Numbered from the whole stretch's first letter, positions 48,980 through 62,500 are shown. The stretch is DNA of 63,010 bases, filler included, from Nemertoderma westbladi (GCA_032718475.1; 3 parts of 3 records of this genome joined end to end with filler, not necessarily neighbours in it), one strand, 5' to 3'. Numbers and translations are program-made. The notes: a model not told the origin generated them from the letters alone.

Positions 48980-51900
48980 TTAATTCCATTTAGTTTTATT
49001 TTTTCAATTTATATATATATATTTTGCGAATGCTTAAGAAATAATACAATAAATTGCACAATAATTACTGTACAATATATATCATATATGAAATATATGA
49101 TAATATTACAATACGTTGTTAATACTGTACGTAATTATAAAGTAAATGGGGGATTTAGCACAGGACAGGACACCAGCGAATAGCTGTAATAGCTAGTAGC
49201 GTGCTGGTGCCCTGGGGAGGGGGGGGGGGGGGGTACGTTTGCTACTAGTGTTATTACATAATATAATTATTCTATACATAGATATGAATATTGAAATTTA
49301 TATTTATTACTTCGTGCAGCACCAATCGTAATACGTGGACGGACGCTACACTGCCGCCAATAAAAAACAGGAGTTGTATAATAAAACTAAATTTAATACT
49401 GGATGATTTAATTTTTCGTAGTTAATAATAATGGAGGAGAATATTGCAAGGTCAACTAGAATTAAAGGATAAATTAATTGGAGCAGAAACTGTGTGTTAG
49501 ATAAAATTATTATTATAATATAATTATTATAAATATAATTATTACAAATTATTTATTAATACCGTAAAAAAGAAGATACTTAGGAAATTATACTTAAATA
49601 CATAAATTCCAAATATCTATATAGTTTCAAGTAGATATCTCTTATAAGATTTTTAGCAAACGTTGGTTTGGTTTTCTTTTGTTTAATTATACGTGGGATA
49701 GAATTCAACACAGACGGACCCCGAAAACTGATGGTTTGCTGACTAGTTACTAAACGAACTAAAGGGATCTGATAATTATCAGCGGCTACTGACCGGGTGT
49801 TATATTGGTGAACAGAAGAAGTTAAAGTAAAAAGATTTGATATTAAGGGTGGTACATCTATTAGTTTATTGTGCAATTCGTACATGAATATACCTACCTG
49901 ATGTTTACCTGTTGTTCTCTTGTTTACGTTAACTCTGATCGGTTTTAGAACATAAGAGAATGTACCGCCCCAAACTATAATGCCGTAAAGTAGATAAGAA
50001 TGCACAAGTGAATAGTAAAGCTGGAGATAGTTCAGAGTTTAGTTTTGATATTAAAATATTGGGATTTTTATGTGTATAGAGTAAGGTTGTATCGTCAGCA
50101 AAAAGTGCAGGTAAAAGTTTGGAAGCCCAGGGGGGATCATTTATATATAATAAAAATAAAGTGGGAGATAGGACGCCCCCTTGCGGAACACCACAAAGAA
50201 GTGGCTCTAGAGAAGACAAAAAATTACCTAGCTTTACGAATTGCTGCATGGATGCAAGAAAATTTTCGAATAATTGGAGCGGTACACCTCTGACTCCGTA
50301 TCTTTCGAGCTTATTAATTTAATAGAATTTTATAATTTAAGGTATCAAAAGCTTTTGATAGATCAATGTAAACAGCACACGATGCGTCCTTTTCTTCGAG
50401 GGCCGTGTGAATCTGTTCTAAAACCGATAGAATTGCATGTGAGGTTGTTCTTTAAGGCCTAAAACCGAACTGAGATTGTGAGATAATTTTAAATTTTGAT
50501 AAATAAGAAATAAGTTGTGTATTGATAATAGTTTCGAAAATGTTAGTTAATACCGGTAGTAGGGAAATAGGTCTAAAGTTCGTAGGATTACTCGAGTCGC
50601 CACCTTTATGTAATGGAATAACTTGAGCAATCTTAAGCGAGTCAGGATAAAAACCAGAGGAAAAAGATAAGTTGATTAGACTACTTAAGTGTATTGATAG
50701 CGGTTTAGCTGCGAGGATTAGGAGCTTAGTAAGAAAAGGATCATTAGAGGCGGATTTAGGATCTAGGTGTAATAGGCGGTATTCTACTTCAACTGGAGTG
50801 GTCTCGGTAAGACCAAAACTATTGTTATTAGAATGTGAAATATGACGTAAATAAGAACGGTTAGATTTAGGTATTTTATCTGCTAATTTCGGTCCTGTTG
50901 TAGAGAAATGAGTATTTAAGGTATTAGCGATTTCGGATGGATCAGTAATTATCCTAATAGAATCACCAGAGCCGGTAATTAATTTTTTTGGGATCGATGA
51001 ATTTTTAGATCTATTAAGTGCACTGTTAATTATTATCCGAGTTTTTTTAATGTTTCCAGAATTTTTTTCAAATTGTGCCGAATAGCATTCCTTTTCAGCC
51101 TTACGCAATAAATTAAGTAGTTTGTTTCTAAAACGTTTAAAAGATTCAAGATTTATGTCATTTCGATGTTTAGTATATGTACGATATAAATTATTTTTAA
51201 TTATAGTCAATTTAATTAATTTGGGAGTAAGCCACGGTTTTCTAGGAAGTTCGCGAGATGGGATTGTTTTTTTAGGAACATGAGAGTTTGTAATTTTCGA
51301 AAAATCATTGTAGAATGTATCAAATTTATTTTTATCTCGAATCGGTGAAGACTTATAAGACCAATTACTGTCCGACTCGATATCACGTTTAAATGAATCT
51401 ACATTAAAATTTGAAAAGTCATATACTGTATTATTTTTAGCTTGATTAAAGTGACAAGAATATTTTTCAAATATTACGTAAGTAGGTTGATGATCAGAAG
51501 TTCCTATTTTAGAGGAAAACACACCGGAATTTGTAAAGGAAGTCGCTATATTAGTGATAGTATGGTCTATTAAAGACTGGTAAGTAGGAATAATACGAGT
51601 AGCTTATTTAATTAGTTGGACAAAACCAAGAGATCTACGTATTCCTCGGCTATGCTGGAAGATTGGAGTAAATTTATATTCATGTCACCTGTAATTATCA
51701 CATCGAGTTTGAGCGCGTTCAATCTAGTCACTTGATTATCCAGTATTTCAAAAAATTTATCTTTATTTAGAGAATCTGGCCGGTAAATCGTTACAATAAC
51801 AACAGGTTTCTGCCTAGGCCGGTCTATTTGAACCCAAGAGTTTTCAGACCATCCATGTGGAACTCATCCCTAGGTGACACGGTTAATTTAGTGTTTACAA

Positions 51901-53490
51901 AAATTACCGTACCTCCCCGATGTAGTGTTCCAGCTTTTCTATTATCGAAAAAAGGATCATGATAACCGGCACTTTTATAAAAACCAATAAAATCGTTATC
52001 TGCAATAAATGTTTCGGTTAAAGTAACAATGTCAAATTTAAAATTAATAATGGAAAGAAAATCTGTTGGCGATGACAATTTTTTAGATAAACTACGGCAA
52101 TTTAAGTTAAGAATTGAAAGTAAAGCGGATGATTTAGAGTTTGAAAATTTTTTATTAAATTCTAATTCCGAGATGTACCGGTACGGGTACGAGATGCTAC
52201 CGGTATTTATTTTCAGATCGATTAAGTTATTATCCGGATCAATTTGGTTAAAAGTTTGGTTTAATACATCATTGATATTGTCACTACGTGGATCAGTTTC
52301 TTGTTCGTGAAGGTCAAAAATATCTATATGGTCGTTATTTATAGTTTGAAAAGGGAATATTTCAATAGTGCAAAAGTTGCAAAAAACGTCACTGGCAGAA
52401 GTGCAACCTCCGGAGCCAGGTGCCGATAGATGGGTGCCGCACGGAAAGTGAAATTTATTCTTACAGTACAAACATGAGAAGAAAGTGTTAAAAGGTGTAA
52501 AGGGTGCGTAACAAAAGTAGCAAGATTCAAGCATGGGGCGATTGCGGAGGGGGGGGGGGGGGGGGGGGGGTGAAACACAAAAGTATGGCAGCTACCGAAT
52601 TAAGAAAAGGAAAGCTAGTGGGCTACATACAACTCATAAGTGTTAAATGCATGCCCTAACTGCTGTACAAATTGACAAATGTACAAAATGCATATAAACT
52701 GTAATAGTAGGCCTACCGTATAGGAGGAGGTCCTAGTCTATACTTCTATAAAATTCATAGGAACAGGAAAAGAGTACCAACTTCAACCTAACTGAATACA
52801 GCAATATTATTATAAATTTTAAAGTTAACCAATGGAAGGTTTAAACCGTTTAAGCAGAAGAGAGATTAACAATACCTCAGTGGTTAGTTGATTAAAGTTT
52901 CCGTGTCTGAAGCGAGAGCATCAAAGGTATTTCTTGTAGCAGATTTTGAACGACTAGCAGTGCGTCTTAGTGAAGCGATTCTCTCACCATCACGGTTCTT
53001 GTTACGAGAATTGACAGTCGAGCGAAGTGATTCCTCGAGAGTGTGGATATCTTCCTCATTCTGTATCGGGTAAGGTTTGCTGGATGTGGCAACACGCGCA
53101 TAAATCGACTTGAGAGTGCGAGTCTTGCGTAGGAGCGCTGATCGTCGAGGGGTAAGATGATCAGAAGCGTACACACCGTTGGGAAGTTTACCTTTGTTCG
53201 CGAAGACTTTAACGCGTTGAGAGTGGCCAATGAAGCGTATTTTAAAAGGCCTAGTTGGTTTTTTTAGGTCGTCGGCATTAGTTTGTTTTGGTTTACCAAG
53301 GCGGTGAATTATATCAACGAAATTCTTGGAAATTCCGAGGGATTCAATAATCTTTACCGCTTCAGCAATATCGTCGGATTGGTTCGAACTCTCTTCTATA
53401 CCGTGGATTAAGACATTGTGACGACGCATATATCTGTATATTGCGAGCAATCATCGAATTCGTTTCGCAATGAAGCGTTTTCAGCTTTTA
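48980..53490 (-). mobile_element. Near full-length degraded CR1/L2-group LINE (ORF1, then PHD-APE-RT ORF2)
   Basis: ORF1 52884-53450 (NVLIHGIEES, HRLG, DHLTP). ORF2 starts Cys-rich at 52534, with LNLNCRSL, LTETF, SDHQP, RPISLL, QFGFR, GVPQG, FADDT. Several frameshifts and a deletion. Boundaries approximate. Confidence 0.9.
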
Positions 53491-54471
53491 AGTACCGGGT
53501 ACCTACTGTAACTAAGCCGTAAGCTATTCATTTTAATTATTTAACTAGAATTTTAATGAACAGCTTTCTAGTGCATGAGCGATCAGGTAATTTTGAATAT
53601 GTGAGGAGAAGTGTGCCGCAGATTGGAGAACTACAACAAAACAGACACCATCATTAAATAAAACACCACCCCATAGGAGATAACTGTTTCAACTTTAGCT
53701 TCAGGTTATTGTAAATAACCTAATTTCGAGAAAATGATCACTTTCGGACATTTTACCCTCTACCTGCAGACTGTGTGAAATGCAGATGGCGCTGCAGTTC
53801 TGTAAAGATGGAGTTTATGGTAAAGTGAAGTAAGATGCCTGCTTGTCAGGTTTCAGCTTAAACAGTTGTAAATAACAAAATTTCGAGAAAATGTGGGGCG
53901 AGCCACGCAGTGAGTGAGCCTTAGCGTAGTGGTACCATTAATCAACCTGTGGGGCGAGCCACGAAGTGAGTGAGCCTTAGCGTAGGGGTACCATTAATCA
54001 ACCTGTCGTTCTGAAGCGTTTTTTTTCAGTATTTTATTTTAAACGTTAATAACTCGGCCAATCCTTGATGAAATCTATCCAAACTTGGTACACATGTTGT
54101 TTGGCAAAAGTTTGAAAATTTTCCAAGTAGAATTTGCGTGGGGCCTTCGTGCAGCATCAGTGTAACTGTTATTGCAGTTATAATAAATTTATTTATCCAA
54201 ATTTAAAATGCGTTAAATTATTATTACTGTAGGATAAATCAGCTGGGATTCTGACAAATTTTGCAATTCTGCATGTACCATGTGTACCGGTACTGTCAGG
54301 CTGTACTCAATCCCTGAATCGAGAATCCTGCAATCAGTCAATACTGCAATACTGGTCAGCTGGTACCATACACTGCAGACATGCCATATCATGTAATCTA
54401 ATTAAACATGGCCCCGGCAACGGCAACCCTTGCGGTGATTATAGTTTAGGCCTAATTAGCACAGTACCGGC

Positions 54472-55412
54472 ACCGGTGTAACAGGAAAATATGCCCCCCC
54501 GGGAAATGTGCCCGGGGGGGAATATATTTTCCTAGGAAAAAATGCCCCCCCGGGTAAATTTCCCTAGGAAAAAATGCCCCCCCTTAGGAAATTATGCCCC
54601 CCCCCCCTGAATTATACAATAAACAAAACTTATTACTACTAAAACTTACAAAAATTATACAAAACAATAAACAGTCACTTTACCAAATGAAGGAAAGGAG
54701 CAGGTTACAGAGGCAAGCCTTTCTAACCAAAACAATAAACGATCATTTAACTAATTGAGGGAAAGGAGCAGGTTACAGAGGCGGGATTTTCTAACCAAAA
54801 CAATAAACAGTCACTTTAGCAAATCAGGGAAAGGAGCAGGTTACAGAGACGGGATTTTCTAACCAAAACAATAAGCGATAACATTACCAATTGAGAGAAT
54901 GGAGCAGGTTACAGAGGCGGGATTTTCCAACCAAAACAATAAACAATCACTTTACCTACCAAATCAGGGAATAAAGGAGCAGGTTACAGACTTAAAAAAG
55001 CTTGGAGCTGCTCGGCGCCCACACAACACCACACACTCGCACTGCTGTTATACCAGTACTTACTACAGTAGCCTACTGACTTAGATACTTCAGTATGCTG
55101 TTCTACATCCCTTACTGCCTTACCTGCTTACCTACCGGCAGACCGGTACCGTACTATTCTTCCAACTATTACAAGTTCTGCAGTTGGTAGATTAAAAGTG
55201 GCTACCAGCAGACCGGTATTGTACCAGTTTTCAGACTTTTGAGGGGGGCTAATTTTCCTGAGGGGAGGCATTATTTCGTAAGGAGAAAATGCCCCCCCGG
55301 GCTAAATTTCCTAGGAAAAATTGCCCGGGGGGACATAATATCCTAGGAAATACTGAAATAATGCCCCGGGGGGGCATATTCTAGGGGGGGCTGATTTCCT
55401 TGTGACACCGGT
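54472..55412. mobile_element. Non-autonomous TIR element with subterminal repeats and an internal 60-bp tandem array
   Basis: Termini ACCGGTGTAACA / TGTGACACCGGT; repeated CCTAGGAAAA..TGCCCCCC; about 5 copies of GGAAAGGAGCAGGTTACAGAGGCGGGATTTTCTAACCAAAACAATAAAC at 54655-54990. Confidence 0.8.
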
Positions 55413-55777
55413 AATAATAATATAATAGTTTAGATAGTTACCGCTAATCATTCAGTCATTGGCACGGTACACCGTATTGCTGTACTGCCGTTGTAGTGCG
55501 CACCATAGGTACCACCCATGGCCTACTTGACACAGGCCATGACAAGGACTTTGCTGTGAAATTAGCGTAGGCTGACTGTGCTGATTATGGTACTGTCAGA
55601 CTGTGGTACCTAAGCTATATACTGTTAGGTATATTGGCATATTGCTGTATTGGGGTGGGGTAGGAATAATCCATTTGTTTTAGCATTGAACTGTTGAATC
55701 CCCTTATTTATTATAAAACCATTAGAAATATTCGCAAATGCCGCTCCATTACTGTCTGAAACGCTCCCGACAGTCCG

Positions 55778-56367
55778 ATGTATCTGGACCCGAGCAGCCG
55801 AGTTCTGGAGTTGCTTCAAGAGGTGATTAACGGGGGAATACTACGGAATTGCTTGTTTGTCAGTACGATTCTATTTGGGTATTTACTACACGCAGACACT
55901 GGGAATACGGCGGTCGGTCAGATCGTAATGCGGGCCACTGCCAAGTTCCTCATGCCTCACTCCGGTCACCCACCGTGGAGTACGGTGGGAAGAGTCCCAC
56001 TTACTGCTGTACTGTCTTACGTGACGACTGGACGAATCGACGAGGATTGCGATCTGGGTTTAGCGGTGGCCCGGATCCTGGGATCGCCTGGGGGGAAATG
56101 GTTGAACGTTGGGCAGACGTTATCGCACTGGATTACGTTCTCTGTGACGCGAAAGTGTCAAGCGAATTCGTTGTCAAATTGGGTCGGAAGCTGCGGGAAT
56201 TTTACTGTTCTACGGGAGTAAACCGCAGCGGTCCGGTGACTACGGACGGATACTACTGGGATAAGCAGGTATTTCGATCGAGTTTCTTGTATTCTCGATG
56301 CTTGAGGCGGATAGAGAGTTGGTTGTGTTGGGCGGTGTTGTTCAATTCTATCAAACATATTAAATAA
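55778..56367 (+). pseudogene. GC-rich cargo ORF of unknown function, apparently frameshifted
   Basis: Two overlapping ORFs that join into about 196 aa if one G is added to the G6 run near 56090; AATAAA follows the stop. Confidence 0.4.
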
Positions 56368-56489
56368 TTGGTAAAATAATAAAAACACAGCAGATAAAGA
56401 TACTGAGCTTATGGTAAAGAGATAGGCCGAACTTACAATTTCCAAATAGATTGTTCATATAATAAATATATTTTTGGTATTTGATTTCA

Positions 56490-56749
56490 AGATAGGGGGG
56501 GGGGGGGGGGGGGGAACAGGACGCAATAAAAATTCATCCCTCTCCAGGGGAAATTGGATGCAAATAACAACAGCTGATTACTCTCAAAAATAAAACTGTA
56601 ACCTGTTCTATTGTGTTTACTTTATTGTTTTGGTTAAAATAACGTGCCACTGTAACCTGCTCCTTTCCCAAAATTGAGAAATTAATATTGAGGCGGGATA
56701 TTAATTCGCCAAGATGGGATTTGCGTCCAGTCCCACCCCCTCCTATCTC
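56490..56749. mobile_element. Complete Mutator-like MITE
   Basis: Termini AGATAGG..GGACGCAA / TTGCGTCC..CCTATCT; 9-bp TSD TTGATTTCA. Confidence 0.85.
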
Positions 56750-57447
56750 TTGATTTCACTAAAAAATAGAATACATTGCATTTTACTGTTATAATTACTG
56801 TATTGAATAAAATAATTAATTGATTGTTTATTAAACCGTGCTAAGCACGTTGAACTGGAGCTCTAACAATTCCCCACTAGCGGCAGACAGGAACTGTAAA
56901 AGTCTCTGTAGAATTTCTAATTAAGCAATGCTCTTAGGTAACTACTACTAAATTTCAGATGAAACTGATCGTTGGTTCTATAATTACAGCTATTTGTTTC
57001 GTTTCTGTTAATTCGCCCCCTAGCGGCAGACCGGGGAACTGTAGAAGTCTGTCTGTGTGTAGAATTTCTAAATTTTTTATAGACTACATGTGTACCAAGT
57101 TTGGTTCCATTTCATCCATGATTGACCGACTTATTAGCGTTCAAACATTCCTGCCACAAACATAGCCAGAGGCAGCCACAAACGAATAAAAGCTGCAGGA
57201 ACTCGAGTGTTAATTAATTTATTAATTATTAAATACTGTTTCAATTAAATTCTTTACGAAAATCTAGTTGGACCCTGCATCGTGGAAAATATAATATTTG
57301 ATAATTCATCAGTCAGCCTACGCTAATTTCACAGCAAAGTCCTTGTCATGGCCTGTGTGTAGTAGGCCATGGTACCACCCTACTACCAGTACCGGCTGAC
57401 CGCGTGACCGGTGGCAACTAGCACTTGCACAGCAACAGCACTACCGG

Positions 57448-58288
57448 CGATACACAGGTTGCCAGTATAATGTACGATGTCCATAAAAAACTATCACTCC
57501 TCACAGATCTTTTTAATAAAACTAGCAAGTCCCATAATTATGGTACACGTGCGGCATTATCTGGTAATTATTTTATTCCTCGTGTTCGACATTTAGTTGC
57601 TAAAAACTCGCTGTCATACAACGGTCCAACTATATGGAATTTTTTAGACAATATTCTTAAATCTCTGCCAAACAAACATCTTTAAAAAAAAACTAAAACG
57701 TAAGTTATTAAATGACCTTTAGTTTATCACATATATATTTTTTCTTTTAAGATTTTAGACTAACAAAATTTATTGTAAATTAACGTATCTAGTCCCTGTC
57801 ATGTACCTCAAATTCAATTAAATATAAATTAATTTATTTCGTCTTTTCAAACTTATCAATAACTATCTCAATTGTATTAATTCTTAATAATAATTGTTAA
57901 TTGTATTTTATACAGTACACAAGAGGTATGAAAAATAAAAGTTTACATTTAGTTGTGCATAATTTATGAATTCATCTTCAATTTTATTTTCAATTTGTTC
58001 CCCCCACCCCCCCTCACCCCAATCCTCTCTGGTTGCAGCTATTACCTGCATAGCTGGTTTGCAAGTAATTTCTTGTCTTCTTATAATAATTTAATTGCTC
58101 TTCCATGGTGGCTGCGTATTTCTAGCTCACTGAGCTACATGCGGTCTCCATTCACTATTAAGAACATTGACCTGTGTTTAACAGTTTAATAATATAATAA
58201 TAGTAATACTCATATCTTATATATTTTTGGTGCGTTCTTCTATGTTAAAAGCTATTATTGTGAAAAATAAATTTCAGTTCAGTTCAGT
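57448..58288 (+). mobile_element. 3' fragment of a CR1/L2-group LINE
   Basis: ORF2 C-terminal motif HNYGTR...SLSYNGPTIWN; 3' UTR ends in AATAAA followed by (TTCAG)n. Confidence 0.75.
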
Positions 58289-59556
58289 CCTTGTGTGCGG
58301 TGCGTCTGTATGTCTGATATCAGGTAGATGAGAGAGCCCCCAGGGCGTAACATTGCGGACATGGGCTGTATTGGTAGAGAGAGAACTACATACAAGACCA
58401 CATGGAGGTTCATTGAGTGTATGGGAGTGGATGGGTTTATGGATGGAGGAGCCTAGACCATTGAATAATTAATTTAGTGCAGGGAGATGTCGCGCCTAGT
58501 CTGACACCGAGAGGGCACACAGAAACACCAGAAGATGCCTTAACATCACTAACTATAGGCCTGTTTACTAGACACTATTAACCGCACACTATAAAGGTAA
58601 ACAATATCCTTATCGCATTTCCAGCTGCAGTGAGTGACAGTTAGCGGCAAACTACAGAGAGTTTCCAGATTACTAAGCGTTTCAAAAGTATTCAATTGTA
58701 TCCTTTGGCGAAAAAATTTTGGTTGTTGCCATTTCAATTATGTTCAATTATATTCAATTGTCCCGTTCAACAACATTACATTACACTGGTACACATTTGA
58801 TAAAATGTGTTCACAATTGTACAATTCTGCGTTTTCTGGTGGCCTGTACTGTACGTACATACTACAGTATAGGCCTAGGCTACAGAAACATCGAACTTTT
58901 TTAACCTCAATAACTCGATTAACGATCCATACTAGCTGCCCGAGTACGATAGTTGCGCAATCCTACGCTTACGGTGCGCGCGCAAGCACACAACTCCGCT
59001 ACCGTAACAAATTGGCTACAATCGCGTTGATTAATCCTATCCATATGGATTCATACAGTATAATCTCCAATGCAATGTATTAGTCATACAGTATATTGAC
59101 TTCTATTATGCGGCTATACATTATGTGTATACTGTAGCTGTGTATGTCTGTATGTGTACCTCATCAAGTAGGAATTCCAACTATTTTTTCATATAAATTA
59201 TTTGCTCTTTCCTGTTCACTGAAACCAATATCCGTAGATGTAACGGCTGGTATCCAATGTACCTTTTTGGTAGGAGAGTTTGTGTTGGTCTATCAGTCCC
59301 TTTACTTTATTTCATAAAACACACCAATTATTTATTCATATAAACTGCCCCATTTACTAACATTGCGCTACTTTGCTTCCACTTAGCAACTGCAAGTTTT
59401 TAATGTTTATTAGGTTGCGGTTTATATTGTTTAAGTATGGCGTGTTAGTGTAGTTATATTCATTCGCAGAATATTGTATTTTAGTGCGTGAAGTATTTTG
59501 TAAACTAAAAAACTAAAAATAACAAACTACTAACTAAAATACTAGTGACGGTCACT

Positions 59557-62500
59557 ATGTTCAAGGATACTCTTCTACTTTTGACTCATGCAGCTCTTCT
59601 TGCTGCTGTGGAATGTTTGGGAGAGAGCCATGGGAACTCAACCGAATTGGTTGAAAGAGACAATGTAAGTTTGTTATTTAATGTAGAATCAATGTGTTTG
59701 TAGAGCCACTGAAGTTATAATGTTTAATGTTTAATAATTTAAGGGTGTAGAAAGTGTATCTAACTACACGTTTAACTAACTTTTGCTGTTAAAGTAAACC
59801 TTCTAATCGCGTTCTACTGTAAGTACGATTGGTGCAAATCAAGATTCTGTTTGACTGTTTGCAAAATTTACTGCTGTAACCTCTCTGCGTCTCAACTCAT
59901 CTCTGACTTCCGTATCCTCTGCCAAGTTACTGTACACTGTTAAAAAACTATAGAGTTCATCAAATTACACATTAATAATAATAATAATATAAAAGTCACT
60001 TTTTCGAATTAAATTAGTTTCCCCCGCCGAAGGCATTCCATTTATTCCACCCAAGATAAATATGTATGTAGACCTACATACCTACCGCTAAAAGATCCCC
60101 ACTTGCTCCACCAAAGCCTTGTTAAATAAATGTGTGAGTAAGCCTACCAGCCTTATTAAATAAATGTGTGAGTAAGCCTACCAGCCTTATTATATAAATA
60201 TGTGAGTAAGCCTACCAGCCTTATTAAATACATGTGTGAGTAAGCTTACCAGCCTTATTAAATAAATGTGTGAGTAAGCCTACCAGCCTTATTAAATAAA
60301 TGTGCGAGTAAGCCTACCAGCCTTATTAAATAAATGTGTGAGTAAGCCTACCAGCCTTATTAAATAAATGTGTGAGTAAGCCTACCAGCCTTATTAAATA
60401 AATGTGTGAGTAAGCCTACCAGCCTTATTAAATAAATGTGCGAGTAAGCCTACCAGCCTTATTAAATAAATGTGTGAGTAAGCCTACCAGCCTTATTAAA
60501 TAAATGTGTGAGTAAGCCTACCAGCCTTATTAAATAAATGTGTGAGTAAGCCTACCAGTCTTATTAAATAAATGTGTGAGTAAGCCTACCAGCCTTATTA
60601 TATAAATATGTGAGTAAGCCTACCAGCCTTATTAAATACATGTGTGAGTAAGCTTACCAGCCTTATTAAATAAATGTGTGAGTAAGCCTACCAGCCTTAT
60701 TAAATAAATGTGCGAGTAAGCCTACCAGCCTTATTAAATAAATGTGTGAGTAAGCCTACCAGCCTTATTAAATAAATGTGTGAGTAAGCCTACCAGCCTT
60801 ATTATATAAATATGTGAGTAAGCCTACCAGCCTTATTAAATACATGTGTGAGTAAGCTTACCAGCCTTATTAAATAAATGTGTGAGTAAGCCTACCAGCC
60901 TTATTAAATAAATGTGCGAGTAAGCCTACCAGCCTTATTAAATAAATGTGTGAGTAAGCCTACCAGCCTTATTAAATAAATGTGTGAGTAAGCCTACCAG
61001 CCTTATTAAATAAATGTGTGAGTAAGCCTACCAGTCTTATTAAATAAATGTGTGAGTAAGCCTACCAGCCTTATTATATAAATGTGTGAGTAAGCCTACC
61101 AGCCTTTGTTAAATAAATGTGTGAGTAAGCCTACCAGCCTTATTAAATAAATGTGTGAGTAAGCCTACCAGCCTTATTAAATAAATGTGTGAGTAAGCCT
61201 ACCAGCCTTATTAAATAAATGTGTGAGTAAGCCTACCAGCCTTATTAAATAAATGTGTGAGTAAGCCTACCAGCCTTATTAAATAAATGTGTGAGTAAGC
61301 CTACCAGCCTTATTATATAAATGTGTGAGTAAGCCTACCAGCCTTTGTTAAATAAATGTGTGAGTAAGCCTACCAGCCTTATTAAATAAATGTGTGAGTA
61401 AGCCTACCAGCCTTATTAAATAAATGTGTGAGTAAGCCTACCAGCCTTATTAAATAAATGTGTGAGTAAGCCTACCAGCCTTATTATATAAATGTGTGAG
61501 TAAGCCTACCAGCCTTTGTTAAATAAATGTGTGAGCAAGCCTACCAGCCTTATTAAATAAATGTGTGAGTATGCCTACCAGCCTTATTAAATAAATGTGT
61601 GAGTAAGCCTACCAGACTTAAATAAATGTATGAGTAAGCCTACCAGCCTTATTAAATAAATGTGTGAGTAAGCCTACCAGCCTTATTAAATAAATGTGTG
61701 AGTAAGCCTACCAGCCTTATTAAATAAATGTGTGAGTAAGCCTATCAGCCTTATTAAATAAATGTGTGAGTAAGCCTACCAGCCTTATTAAATAAATGTG
61801 TGAGTAAGCCTACCAGCCTTATTATATAAATGTGTGAGTAAGACTACCAGCCTTTGTTAAATAAATGTGTGAGTAAGCCTACTGTACCAGCCTTTGTTAA
61901 ATAAATGTGTGAGTAAGCCTACCAGCCTTATTAAATAAATGTGTGAGTAAGCCTACCAGCCTTATTAAATAAATGTGTGAGTAAGCCTACCAGCCTTATT
62001 AAATAAATGTGTGAGTAAGCCTACCAGCCTTATTAATTAAATGTGCGAGTAAGCCTACCAGTAAATAGATAAATAAATAGATAAATAGATAAATAATCTC
62101 AAGTTACGCAATAATTATTGTTTTAGGATAATGACCAAGAAGAAGTAGCTCTGGCTTCCACCCAAAGCATGTTAAACAAAAGAGGCAGAGATCCGATAGA
62201 GTCGGTTCGGGACGGGATAAAGATTCAACAAAGAGTTGATGGATCTGTTGACTTTCATCGTACCTGGAACGAATACGTTGAAGGATTTGGCGACTCGAAT
62301 ACCAATTTTTGGTTGGGGTTGGAGAAGATCCACAAGCTGAGTAAAGGCGTGGTGAAGTTGAGAGTCGATTTGTGGTTCACTGGAAGGGGGCCGGGAGATT
62401 CCAATGACGTACGGGGTGTAAGATGGAAGGATTACAACAACGAACACAAATACGCGGAATACGACAACTTCTTTGTCGGATCAGCTACAACTAATTATCG

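Larger units (their letters stand above)
55517..57371. mobile_element. P/hAT-like non-autonomous TIR transposon carrying gene-like cargo
   Basis: 62-bp TIRs beginning CATGGCC (55517-55578 and 57310-57371, two mismatches); exact 8-bp TSD GTACCACC. Confidence 0.88.

Noticed and set aside
53892-54006. Two-copy direct repeat of about 57 bp
   Set aside because: A local duplication at the edge of an unclassified interspersed repeat; nothing supports a function.
56085-56100. Programmed -1 frameshift at GGGGGGAAA in the cargo ORF
   Set aside because: The phasing does not give a canonical X XXY YYZ slippery site; a homopolymer indel is simpler.
60115-62061. 34-bp repeat as a CRISPR array
   Set aside because: Units are contiguous without spacers and lie in a spliceosomal intron.
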